From assembly GCA_030141605.1 (NCBI GenBank), contig JAQGDQ010000437.1:1-64000 (forward strand): a stretch of DNA of 64,000 nt. The letters are read 5' to 3'. This DNA is from Tubiluchus corallicola (Eukaryota; Animalia; Priapulida). A program made the translations under genes and the position numbers. This document shows positions 1 through 59,378 of the stretch, piece after piece. Below the pieces are notes generated by a model. That model was given only the letters and a program-made list of their open reading frames with translations. It ran no database searches and was not told the DNA's origin. Every line of letters begins with the position of its first letter. The first letter of the stretch is position 1.

Positions 1-328
1 TTACATGTACAGGCGCGTAAGGTGAATGGAAAACGTGGGGGGGGGGCAGAACAGATAGAGAAACGCACTGCGCAATTTTCATTAAATTTAGTGATTTTGT
101 CGATGCATCGCCACTATTTCAGCCTTGAATATAGAACTGAGTTTATAGATTAATTCAACGAAATCGGACTCGATCAATCCAGATCCGATCACAGTTCGAC
201 CAGTCCACCGGAACCGATTGCCGTCGTAACTCGACGACTATGGTACCTAATCCACGCTCAGTTTTTACTCAAACGTGCAAAACTCGTCAACAATATTTAT
301 CTAATTGAGCTGGAAAGGAATCACTCAC

Positions 329-46823
<46,495 letters not shown>

Positions 46824-49634
46824 CGCACACTCAACAACATTCCTGTTTTAATAATCGCTTCTGTTCAAAGACAGTTTGTTATCTCGACACACTCCAAGAG
46901 TACTGTATATCGTACAGTATGCTAGCTTCTCCGCGCAAGACGGTGATTACTCCGCCGAAGTGAACTAAGTGAATTTTCTTGTACTAAAGTAGTGTCAGAT
47001 TGCACCAAATAACTCGCTAATCTAAGAAAAGTATCATCAATAGCTTTAGATTTACACGGCTAATTAAAACTGGTGATAGTTTTTGACTCAAGAGACACGT
47101 TCACTAGTTTTTTTCTAAACTGTGTTTATTTTTGCAGGCGCATGCATTTAAACGGCACGGTGGCTCAGCTGATATCAGCGGTGCGTGTAATTTCATAGCA
47201 GACGTTTTCCAATTATTTAGCTAAAACCTTTGGCGATTGCTTGAAATTACTTAGTTTAATTAATGTGTCCTATATGAAACAAAGCAACAGTATAGTTTAA
47301 TAACACTAACAAATGATACCGTCACGAGACGTTTAGCTGGATGCTGCTTGTCCTGTCCATGAAATAGAATCCATAGACATCGTAGTCTTGCAGTTGGCGC
47401 TATTACATTTACCACGAGATTATCGGAAACATTCACTGATGACGTGAGAATAATAGAATAATGACCTCTGAGTCTAGAAACGAGTAATAACCTAGAAAAA
47501 AGTAGGAGGTGCGAAAGTGTTATAGCGCCTTGTTGGTAGCAAGTGTTTTTTTCCGATCGTGTCCTCTGTTACTTTTTAATTATTTACTTTTTTCTCCCAG
47601 CTCTCTTTTATGGGATCTTAACAGCTTAGAGCACGGCAACATGCATTGCAAATATCTTAAAACTAAATTAAGTTAACCCACCTAAAATAATTATAAACAA
47701 AAAAATGTTTAACAGCTAGTTGTGCCACCTGTTTGATTTGAAATGTCTTGACACTTAGATTTTATAACCAGTCAAATAGTAAGGCGTCGAAACCTAATGT
47801 GTTCCTAACTGTTCACTTTAAATAGCAAATAGAAATCACTTAAAATTAAGTTTAATAAAATATAAACTATGGAAGGTTTAAAGCTAGAGCTAATGAGTTA
47901 TGCATCTTGTGTCGCAATTAAACGTTCTATAAAGTAGTGTAGTCTAACACAGAGTAACTGTCAATAGAAGTGTGTACACATTTGCAAGGCCCTTTTACCA
48001 CAGAAACTGGTTGGGGTATACTGCTGCATCCCCCCCATACCATCTGCAGCCCCCTTTACCCCACCCAGGATCTGTGTCTTTCTTTCCGTGTTATTATTTT
48101 ATTCTATTTTTGATTTCAGCTCGTAGACATAGTCTTAGGCCATAAACATACAATAATTACTAAAAAAACAACTAATTGCAAATACATAAACTTACCATCT
48201 ACAGAAAAATAAGAAGAAAATTAGTTAAAATGTTTGCAAAAATGATAAACATTAAAAGTACATTACAATTACATTCCAATGGGTAAAAATTTTGGAGCAT
48301 ATACTCTACTATTGTAAATCACATGTTTTAAAAAACCATTGCAAGAATTTAAAACTCTGCGTCTAAAATTATACGTACATTTACGCAAAATAACTTTAAA
48401 ATGATTAATAATTGTAGAAGCTCGCGTACCATATCTGTGTTTTTGAAGAATTTTACCACAACTGTGTAGTAAGCACTCTAGCTTTATTAAAGTTATAAAA
48501 GTAATATTTTTTCAAAGACTGAAACAATAAGACTTGAATATACATCCCATGTTGTTACAGTTGGTCAATTTCCATATTCGTTTTGTTTTCATTATCAGTT
48601 ATAACAATAATTGCTAAAATTAATCTGCGTTCTTGGTTGATATTTTACTTATTTTCCTTGAAATTTAAACTGATTCAGATAGAATAATTGTCTGAGAAAA
48701 TTTTTGTATAAAAAAGAAAATCTTGCGTGCTAGTCGCCAGACCAATATTTCTCAGTGTTGAAATTTCAACCTGTAGATGGCAGCAGGATGCCATGTTTCA
48801 AACATGGATAATAATTATTGCTGATTTTAACCTAGTAATATAATATCAATGGTCTCAATTCTTTCTGCATTCTTCTAAGCTCATTTACTTTTTTGCTTTA
48901 CTATCTTTGCTAGCAGTAGTAGTTTTTATTGACTATTTTTTACAACATATAACATATTTTGGACATTTTGCATATTGTAATTATATTTATATAGTTTTTA
49001 TTATAATTAAAGTATTATCTATAATTATAGTATTTATCTATGATATTGTATTTATTAGTTTTTTGCCAGACCAATATTTCTCAAACGGTTGAGTTCTATT
49101 GTAGACGGCAGTAAGATGCTTAAAATATTTTTATTACTGCGCTGATCATCATCTTCTTGCTGGACTTCTATGTTTTTGAATAAGTTCAAATTTTTGTGTG
49201 TAGATGGCAGGAGGTCGCTGCATTTCAATTCGTTCTGCTAAGTTTATTACCTTTGCTAACACTGCGCTGATTATCATCTTCTTGCTGGACTTCTATATTT
49301 TTGAATGAGTTCAAATTTTTGTGTGTAGATGGCAGCAGGACGCTACATCTCAATTCGTTCTGCTAAGTTTATTACCTTTACTAACATTGCGTTGATTAGC
49401 AAAATGTTTGCAATGGTAAACTGCATACAAATTAATTTCGTATGCGTTGTGTGAACGTTCTTATCTCTGATAACGAGATGTTTGCTGAGCGGTACGACAA
49501 AAACTTTGGTGTGTGTGCAAATGTTCTGTCAACTCGAAATATTGCACCGTGTAGGGCATGGCCACGTAAATCGCGTGTGTGAGAAAGGGTGATTTTAGTC
49601 AATAGTGTTGATTTTTGTGTGACTGAAACAATGT

Positions 49635-49642
49635 TATAAAAG
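49635..49642 (+). promoter_or_regulatory. TATA box of the plus-strand orphan gene
   Basis: TATAAAAG about 60 nt upstream of the ATG at 49699. Confidence 0.5.
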
Positions 49643-49698
49643 CTGAATATGGTGCATGGATTATGTCTGGTCTCTGCAACCGATGAAAAGGCATAGTC

Positions 49699-50143
49699 AT
49701 GGCTAAATTCGAAAAGAAATCTTCGACTTGTTCCTACCTCCAGGACTGTGATTGGAATTTACTAAACGAGCTGCCAGAAACTGACATCGTCGATACTTAC
49801 GTGTTCGATATTGATGATGTCGATGCGATGAAAGAACCGTGGGCTAGTTTAAATGAGGAATACGTTGATGATCCAGCTATGTTTGCCAAGTTCGACGAAA
49901 CTGTTGAACGGTCGGATAGCGTAGTGAATGGAATCCCACTGGAGCTAGTTCACGCGAATGCGTCGGGCAAAGAGACGGAGAAACGCGTACCGCAAAGTCG
50001 TTCGGTTCAGGCGCGGCAATCTCCATTGTCAAAGATTAATAAGGATTTGAGTGGAAGCCCCAGAAACGTTCCCACGAAATGTCGAAGTTCAAGTAATTCT
50101 GCCAGATTAAAACGTGAACATAAAAGATGCCCAGAAGATGCAG
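49699..50143 (+). CDS. Exon 1 of an uncharacterised acidic/disordered protein
   Basis: ATG in gtcATGG context about 60 nt after TATAAAAG; 148 coding-like, GC-richer codons; GCAG|GTAAA donor (phase 1). Confidence 0.7.
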
Positions 50144-50404
50144 GTAAAAATGGGAGGTGTTACTTTCACACTTCGGTTATGATGAAAAATATATAGCTTT
50201 TCGACAGGCTGTAATTAGTTAAGCAGCATGAGATCCTGATGTTGTTGGAGTGCAGGGAGTGCACTGTGCTACTTAACAAATGGACTTGTCTTTTACATCT
50301 CCTAATACAGTTAGTAGTAGCTAAAACAAACTTATCAGTAATGGGTCATTTAGGATTATGTGCAAGTTTCAGCATCACTATTCTAATTGTATTTGCTGTA
50401 CGTG

Positions 50405-50995
50405 CAGCTGTTGCAGTTGTCTGGTAAGTGCAGTGTACAGTGCAGTTGTTGCAGTTGTGCGGTAAGTGCAGTGTACAGCATGTGCGGTTGTTGCAGTTGT
50501 GCGGCAAGTGCAGTGTACAGCACGTGCGGTTGTTGCAGTTGTGTGGTAAGTGCAGTGTAAAGCACGTGCGGTTGTTGCAGTTGTGCAGTAAGTGCAGTGT
50601 AAAGCACATGCGGTTGTTGCAGTTGTGTGATAAGTGCAGTGTACAGCATGTGCAGTTGTTGCATTTGTGCAATAAGTGCAGTGTACAGCACGTGCGGTTG
50701 TTGCAGTTGTGCGGTAAGTGCAGGGTACAGCACGTGTGGTAGTTACAGTTGTGCGGTAAGTGCAGTGTACAGCACGTGCAGTTGTTGCAGTTGTGTGGTA
50801 AGTGCAGTGTACAGCATGTGCGGTTGTTGCAGTTGTGCGATAAGTGCAGTGTACAGCATGTGCGGTTGTTACAGTTGTGCGGTAAGTGCAGTGTACAGCA
50901 TGTGCGGTTGTTGCGGTTCAACTCTCAACCGTGTCATACCAAAGACTTGAAAATTGGCACCGCTGGCTCTTTGACCAACCACGCAGATTTATCGA
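50405..50995 (+). mobile_element. Meta-like SINE whose tRNA head has expanded into a 39-bp minisatellite
   Basis: About 13 copies of a 39-bp unit, then GGTTCAACTC (B box) and GTCATACCAAAGACTTGAAAATTGGCAC, the same core as 15776-15925. Confidence 0.55.
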
Positions 50996-51050
50996 AGTAA
51001 CATGCAGGTATTAATAATCGAGACCACCTTGGAAATAAGTATTGAGTTAC

Positions 51051-51082
51051 TTATTATTATTATTATTATTATTATAATTATA

Positions 51083-51125
<43 letters not shown>
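51051..51125. repeat. (ATT)n microsatellite
   Basis: Seen directly. Confidence 0.95.
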
Positions 51126-51126
<1 letters not shown>

Positions 51127-51412
51127 GGTTATTATTACCATTATTAAGGTGTTATCCTTGGACATTGTCCTAAACGAAATTATTATTGTTAGTATTATTA
51201 GTACAATCCATGTACTGGACAATTGTCCGCAGTCAAATCAATGGTGCCAAGGGATCTTTGCATAGAGTTTTCGCTAAAATAGCTGTTTAGTTCATGGACT
51301 AATCAACTGCATGCAATAGATTTGCAGATTTGCTTTTAGGTGCTCAAGTTTGCTGTTTACTGAACTCAAGTCTATTTCATTTTATTTCTAATCACGATTT
51401 TATTTCTGTCAG

Positions 51413-51604
51413 GTGAAGATCTGCAAGCCAGTCACAACTTTCCCCACAACGAAATCTCTTCTGATGATGCGAGGCTACCATATGACGGTTCCGGCGCATT
51501 TGTGCCGAGGTTATGGGACCAAGCTCCGGATGAACCCAACGATCGGGATGGATCCTGTTGGGATAATAATTCGGCTGAACTGCAGCTGTCTATGCTGAGT
51601 CCAA
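51413..51604 (+). CDS. Exon 2 of the uncharacterised protein
   Basis: ttttatttctgtcag acceptor; open in the phase-1 frame: (G)EDLQASHNFPHNEISSDDARLPYDGSGAFVPRLWDQAPDEPNDRDGSCWDNNSAELQLSMLSP; strong GTAAGT donor. Confidence 0.7.
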
Positions 51605-51907
51605 GTAAGTCCACTCTTTTACCCAGTTTACCATTCTGTAAGCTTGATGATCTTGGACCGTGTGGGAGGTGTATTTAAAGGAAGTCCGATGTAAAGTATA
51701 CATTTCAACGCAATTAATACTGCAAAAGTGTTTCTGATGATTAAATAATAGATTAAAAACTTAATTAATGGCGGCCAACCCGAACTATTGATGACATCAC
51801 AAATTAACATAATTTTCAACATCAAGCACATTCCACGAGTGTATTGCACGTGTCAAACTCACACATCTGAACTGATAGGTTCCTTTTTTTGTGTTTCTGA
51901 AATTCAG

Positions 51908-51978
51908 GCGCTAGTGCCCATCTAACTAGCAAATGGCAAAATGCATATAACAGCAAAGAACTAGTGGCGCGAACGTGA
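51908..51978 (+). CDS. Candidate terminal exon 3 of the uncharacterised protein
   Basis: ttttttgtgtttctgaaattcag acceptor; phase 1 gives (S)ASAHLTSKWQNAYNSKELVART*. An alternative acceptor exists at about 53972. Confidence 0.35.
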
Positions 51979-52469
51979 AACTGTATTTCTGTAGTAATAA
52001 GTCTTTCACATTAGTCATTCTTTAAAAAATAGTATGTTACCTTTCATTATGTTAAAGAGTAGAGTGTTTTGACCTACATTTTAAGATTGGGTCCGGTTTT
52101 GCTTTAATGTGAGTGATAGTGGCAGGACCAACACGTAGTTCATTGTAAATATCAATGCTCTGAGATGGGACAGCAAATCTGCCTGAAACAGCTTAGTCAC
52201 GTGTGAATGCGCTATATCCTCCCTCTACCAGGCAAGCAGTTCGGGGCAGATGTAACTGGTAGATAGATAGGCGGTCACCTATTTATCGACCATGCTCAGT
52301 GTTGGCTTAATTACATCTCCCTCGGAACTTCCCGAACACACCGAATTTCAAGTGGCGAAGAAATATTTCATAAGCTTTATTGTTTAGCAGGTCTAAATTT
52401 AGAAAATAAACAGCCTTGTTTACAGCATTCAAATTAATAAATAGTTGCAAATAAACAAGACGCTTTTAA

Positions 52470-52930
52470 CCCTTTCAGGCCCAAATTAGTTTTTAACAAG
52501 AAAAAAATTTTTGGCTTGCTACTTTTGTTCAGTATATCCATCATGTTTACACATAATAATTATTTTTTTCTACCTGTGCCCGCGTGTTAAATATAGCCTG
52601 TATCCCACGGGATACATTGGGATTCAATGGAATCATAAAATGTGCTTCATTTTGCAACTGCTGATAATTTTTTAAAGTATTTAAGACATTTAGTATGCAC
52701 GCTATACTGATCTGTACAAAGTCGTCTCTAAAGTACTGTACCTTGCGCAGTTTTTTTTATGCTATGTAGATTTTCTAGTTTGCCATTTTATCACCATTTT
52801 TAGTCTATTGTTATTGGCTTAAATCAAAATAACTATTAACAGATCAAATAACTGTCACTTTTAAAATTTTATTAATTTTAAAGGCAGAAAATATTCTCGT
52901 ATCCCACGGGATGCAACGGGAATGAAATGG
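52470..52930 (-). mobile_element. piggyBac-like MITE, copy 4
   Basis: Reverse complement of 5914-6372, TTAA flanks, one mismatch in the TIR. Confidence 0.85.
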
Positions 52931-53282
52931 TTAAGTTAGGGAGATTTTCTTGCTTGATGGGTTCAATCTTGAATTCATCATTCGTCACATTTTAATTTCT
53001 GCTACTGGTTGTACCAGCCAGTTAACGAACGTGATTAATCACAGCACAGCCATTAAAATCCTATCATTGCATGTATTTCTGCTCTGTGGTTATCAAATCA
53101 AGATAATGACTGGTTAAACGAACAATCTTTGATTAAGTGTTTGTGACTAAATTTTGACAATATTAATCACAGTGACAGTGATTAATTCTCTTAAAATTCT
53201 CTTTTCTATACATATATTATACATATATACATTCTTTTTAATGTCAGACCTAAAGACGCCCAGACCGACAGCTAAATGTGAA

Positions 53283-53738
53283 GTTTAATACATTTGATAC
53301 AGCTTAATACGTTTATTGATTGTGTATTAATGCGTTTAATACATTTTAATACGTTTATTGATTGTGTATTAATACGTTTAATACATTTTAATACGTTTAT
53401 TGATTGTCTGTTAATACGTTTAATACTGCTTAATACGTTTATTGATTGTATATTTATGCATTTAATGCAGATTAATACGTTCATTGATTGCGTATTAATG
53501 CGTTTAATGCAGATTAATACGTTCATTGATTGTATATTTATGCATTTAATGCAGATTAATACGTTCATTGATTGTATATTTATGCATTTAATGCAGATTA
53601 ATACGTTCATTGATTGTATATTTATGCATTTAATGCAGATTAATACGTTCATTGATTGTATATTTATGCATTTAATGCAGATTAATACGTTCATTGATTG
53701 CGTATTAATGCGTTTAATGCAGATTAATACCTTTATTG
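53283..53738. repeat. 42-bp AT-rich minisatellite, about 11 copies
   Basis: TTAATACGTTCATTGATTGTATATTTATGCATTTAATGCAGA; 14-aa periodicity in the ORF track. Confidence 0.95.
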
Positions 53739-55119
53739 TTGTTGTAATATATTAGTGTTGTTGTAATATTTCTTTCTTTAATATATTTATACATATATTA
53801 TACATATATCTTTGCTCTTTGATTATCAAATTAGCATACTGACTGACTAAATGAACTATCTTCCTGTGATGAAGTGTTTAGGCTTGTACATTGACTGGTT
53901 AGTTTATGATAACCTACTAAATTTGACAAATTGTTGCTTTCCAAGTAGATATTAATTACTTTTCCTGTACAGTTCGATTCTCTGTATGCTAGCATCCAAC
54001 TTGCCCACTTAACTAAGAGCCTTGTGGTTGTACCGGAACCTAGGCGATTTTACGAGATGGGAAATTGCAAGGGCAAATTTTTTTTAGCATGTTTTGATCA
54101 TTGCTAAATCAGATTAGTTGATGAGGAAGAGTATTCAGTTGTTGTTTTTTGGAACTCACCCATTCAATTACTGGCCAGGTTTGGCGCTATTTAACTTTTT
54201 AACTCTGATGGTTCAGCAAACTTGTGGTTTCGTCAACACCTATTCCTATCCGTAAAGCTAAACGAAGTAAGTAGGCTAAGTGCAAGACACACAACAACTA
54301 TCGTGACACCATGTGGATACATTTTCCGGAAACTCATCCATCCGTTTGCTGGCAAGGCTTAGCATTGCTTCATTTTGTTGCTCAGCATTGAGCTTTACCA
54401 CCTTCATGGATAGCTTTAATGTAGGTTCAGATCTACAGCTAATGAGCATACACCATCATTTTAACACCTGCATAAAATTATGATATTACTGAATATTTGC
54501 TCCAAACGACACACCTTTCTTTCGTCCTGGATTAATGGATTTCATACAGTAATTTCTTAAAGAAGAATCTGTGCAGTATGTTATGCATGTACATGACATT
54601 TATTCAAAAACAAATGATCATACAATTGCATAACAGTTGAATCAAAAATATTTTAATATTTCTAAGAAGTCGTTCTTAGCTTTTCATTTTAAGAGAAAAC
54701 TTCTCTGCACACCTGGCCTTCAGGTGTTGGAATAGCAACCATTTTTAATGGGCGATGCTAGGCATCTGACATTATTGAACAGCCTCTTACAGAGTGACCT
54801 TTGACCTCGATACGAGTACGCACTTTACTTTTTTATCATAATAAAATAAAATGCGATGTTTAGATTTGGCAGTAGAATGAAGTTGTGTACAATAATCAAT
54901 TTTAATCATGACTAAAAAACTTATTGCGAAACAAATAGACCTTCTGTGTTTATAAATAATATAACTTGAAAAACAAAAATGAAATATAAAGCTCAAAATT
55001 TCAGTATCAGCTTAATCGGCTACTCGAGATTGTGCAACATAAAAACTTAGTAGCAATAAACCAAAACTACTCTGCAAGCAAACCCCAATCACACCACGAA
55101 AGACTTAAATTGAGTCATA

Positions 55120-58100
55120 AATACACATGTATAATATACTGCAAGACATGTTATGTCTTGAACAATTAATACTCAAAAAACGATCATATTTATCAATGCA
55201 TGAGTCACAACACACATGTATCACACTAGAGGACAAGCTACGCCTTCAACAAATAATACTCAAAAAGGTAACTGTCATGTTAATCAAGCACATAAGTCAT
55301 AACAAATAATACTCGAAAAGTAACTGTCATGTTAATCAAGCGCATAAGTCGTAACAAATAATACTCAAAAAGGTAACTGTCATGTTAATCAAGCGCATAA
55401 GTCATAACAAATAATACTCAAAAAAGTAACTGTCATGTTAATCAAGCGCATAAGTCATAACAAATAATACTCAAAAAAGCAACTGTCTGTTAATCAAGCG
55501 CATAAGTCATAACAAATAATACTCAAAAAAGTAACTGTCATGTTAATCAAGCGCATAAGTCATAACAAATAATACTCAAAAAAGTAACTGTCTGTTAATC
55601 AAGCGCATAAGTCATAACAAATAATACTCAAAAAAGTAACTGTCATGTTAATCAAGCGCATAAGTCATAACAAATAATACTCAAAAAAGTAACTGTCATG
55701 TTAATCAAGCGCATAAGTCATAACAAATAATACTCAAAAAAGTAACTGTCATGTTAATCAAGCGCATAAGTCATAACAAATAATACTCGAAAAGTAACTG
55801 TCATGTTAATCAAGCGCATAAGTCATAACAAATAATACTCGAAAAGTAACTGTCATGTTAATCAAGCGCATAAGTCATAACAAATAATACTCAAAAAAGT
55901 AACTGTCATGTTAATCAAGCGCATAAGTCATAACAAATAATACTCAAAAAAGTAACTGTCATGTTAATCAAGCGCATAAGTCATAACAAATAATACTCAA
56001 AAAAGTAACTGTCATGTTAATCAAGCGCATAAGTCATAACAAATAATACTCAAAAAAGTAACTGTCATGTTAATCAAGCGCATAAGTCATAACAAATAAT
56101 ACTCGAAAAGTAACTGTCATGTTAATCAAGCGCATAAGTCATAACAAATAATACTCAAAAAAGTAACTGTCATGTTAATCAAGCGCATAAGTCATAACAA
56201 ATAATACTCAAAAGTAACTCTGTTAATCAAGCATAAGTCATAACAAATAATACTCAAAAAAGTAACTGTCATGTTAATCAAGCGCATAAGTCATAACAAA
56301 TAATACTCGAAAAGTAACTGTCATGTTAATCAAGCGCATAAGTCATAACAAATATACTCAAAAAAGTAACTGTCATGTTAATCAAGCGCATAAGTCATAA
56401 CAAATAATACTCAAAAAAGTAACTGTCATGTTAATCAAGCGCATAAGTCATAACAAATAATACTCAAAAAGGTAACTGTCATGTTAATCAAGCGCATAAG
56501 TCATAACAAATAATACTCAAAAAGGTAACTGTCATGTTAATCAAGCACATAAGTCATAACAAATAATACTCGAAAAGTAACTGTCATGTTAATCAAGCGC
56601 ATAAGTCGTAACAAATAATACTCAAAAAGTAACTGTCATGTTAATCAAGCGCATAAGTCGTAACAAATAATACTCGAAAAGTAACTGTCATGTTAATCAA
56701 GCGCATAAGTCGTAACAAATAATACTCAAAAAGTAACTGTCATGTTAATCAAGCGCATAAGTCGTAACAAATAATACTCGAAAAGTAACTCATGTTAATC
56801 AAGCGCATAAGTCATAACAAATAATACTCAAAAAGGTAACTGTCATGTTAATCAAGTGCATAAGTCATAACAAATAATACTCGAAAAGTAACTGTCATGT
56901 TAATCAAGCGCATAAGTCATAACAAATAATACTCAAAAAGGTAACTGTCATGTTAATCAAGTGCATAAGTCATAACAAATAATACTCAAAAAAGTAACTG
57001 TCATGTTAATCAAGCGCATAAGTCATAACAAATAATACTCAAAAAGGTAACTGTCATGTTAATCAAGCGCATAAGTCATAACAAATAATACTCGAAAAGT
57101 AACTGTCATGTTAATCAAGCGCATAAGTCGTAACAAATAATACTCGAAAAGTAACTGTCATGTTAATCAAGCGCATAAGTCATAACAAATAATACTCGAA
57201 AAGTAACTGTCATGTTAATCAAGCGCATAAGTCATAACAAATAATACTCAAAAAGTAACTGTCATGTTAATCAAGCGCATAAGTCATAACAAATAATACT
57301 CAAAAAGTAACTGTCATGTTAATCAAGCGCATAAGTCATAACAAATAATACTCAAAAAAGTAACTGTCATGTTAATCAAGTGCATAAGTTGTAACAAATA
57401 ATACTCAAAAAGGTAACTGTCATGTTAATCAAGCGCATAAGTCGTAACAAATAATACTCGAAAAGTAACTGTCATGTTAATCAAGCGCATAAGTCATAAC
57501 AAATAATACTCAAAAAGGTAACTGTCATGTTAATCAAGCGCATAAGTCATAACAAATAATACTCAAAAAGGTAACTGTCATGTTAATCAAGCGCATAAGT
57601 CATAACAAATAATACTCAAAAAGGTAACTGTCATGTTAATCAAGCGCATAAGTCATAACAAATAATACTCAAAAAGTCTCTGTCGTGTTAATCAAGGGCA
57701 TGAGTTGTGAGGACAGAATATAACACTAGAGGACAAGTTATGTCTTCAACAAATAATACTCAGAAGGTAACTGTTATGTTAATCAAGAACATGGTTCATA
57801 AACACATACGCATAACACTAGAAGACAAGTTATGTCTTCAACAAATAATACTCAGAAGGTAACTGTTATGTTAATCAAAAACATGAGTCATAATGCACCT
57901 GCATCACACTAGAAGACAAGCTATGTCTTGAGCAAATAATATTCAGAAGGTTACTGTTATGTTAATCAACAAGATGGTTCATAAACACATATGCATAACA
58001 CTAGAAGACAAGTTATATCTTCAACAAATACTCAAGAAAGTAACTGTCATGTTAATCAAAGGCATCAGTCATGCAGACAGAATATAGCAGTAAAAGACAA

Positions 58101-58250
58101 GCTATGCCTTCAACAAATACTCAAAAAAGTAACTGTCATGTTAATCATAAGCACGAGTCGTGCAGACACACGTATAATGCTAGAGGACAAGTTGTCTTCA
58201 ACAAATAATACTCAAAAAGAAAGTGTCATGTTAATCAAGGGCATGAGTTG
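55120..58250. repeat. 52-54-bp satellite (about 46 copies, 55250-57675) flanked by older, about 91-bp units
   Basis: Unit CAAATAATACTCAAAAAAGTAACTGTCATGTTAATCAAGCGCATAAGTCATAA; flanking units carry CACTAGARGACAAG at 57724, 57816, 57907 and 57999. Confidence 0.97.
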
Positions 58251-58399
58251 CATTCCTGGAATATAATACGAAAGAAGCTGCCACACTATTCATTATCTCA
58301 AAGAGTTTTGAATAACTCTGAAATAAGCATCTGTCAGTGGTGCACTTCTGTGAGGACTTGACAGACTCGACAAAGCACTCTCACTCCAGCCTCCTTTTG

Positions 58400-58575
58400 C
58401 TACAAACTTGGAAGATTTTCATCTATATAAAGAATTCGTCTCCAGTGATTGGTCACCCATCCTTTGGCTCTGGGCTTCTGATCCGGTTGTACATTCCTCT
58501 GTATCTCTTGGATTAACTCATCCTCAAATTCCTTGATATCCGGTTGAAGAAGCCCTGTTGGAGATGGAACTTTAC
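58400..58575 (-). CDS. Probable terminal coding exon of the ANK-cGLR gene
   Basis: Pyrimidine-rich acceptor tttctcactcgttaccttcgtctag. Phase matches the donor TCAG|GTTCGT at 59378. Reads (G)KVPSPTGLLQPDIKEFEDELIQEIQRNVQPDQKPRAKGWVTNHWRRILYIDENLPSL*. Confidence 0.7.
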
Positions 58576-59378
58576 CTAGACGAAGGTAACGAGTGAGAAA
58601 CTGAATGGTTTCATCTCAGAGAAACAGAATTCATCAAGTTTGAAAAATTCGTCACAAAATTTTGTATAACTTACATGCCGTCTTATTTCATACGGATCTT
58701 GCATTAGCAGTAATGTGGTGTAAAACCTGTAAATTTAGACCCCCATGATGATAATTAAGTGCAGCCATTTTTGCAGTCATTTATTGAGTAAGAAATCCAA
58801 GCAAGTTCATATAACATTATATAAAGTTCGAAAAATAATCAGAGCATTGTTAGTGCACACTGCACACATTAAGCAGACATATAAAGTACTTTACCTTATC
58901 AGTAAGCTTAATAAAATGCTTTTTGATAAGCCAGTGGTGTATGGTACATGCTGGAAATATTTGGTACATGCTGGAAAGGTGAGTCAGTGACGTTTTATCA
59001 GTTGGCATGAACATTTTAAATTAAGAATTTTCTTTTTTGAGTTACATAAGTCTTTCAAACAGCTAACTGTAATGCTAAGCAATGTTACTTTGTATGGCAA
59101 GCTTTTGGCTTTAAAACTTTCTTTCCTTCCCCTCTAAACCTAATTGCTTGGACAGAACATGTCTCAGGTTAATGAACATTTGCAAGCTTTTAGATTCTCG
59201 CTTGGAAAATGTATTACCTTCTGTGCCATATCGTCAACACCACATCTATGATAACCTACTATGTTCATTTCAGAGTTGAATATGCAAAAGAAATATGGTT
59301 AAAAAAACCAAACATGCTAAACAAAATAATGTCACAGCAACTTTGAAAAATAATTATAGAAAAAATAGTTATACGAAC

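Noticed and set aside
50346-50921. Cys/His-rich metallothionein-like ORF
   Set aside because: Translation of the 39-bp minisatellite within an intron, open on both strands.
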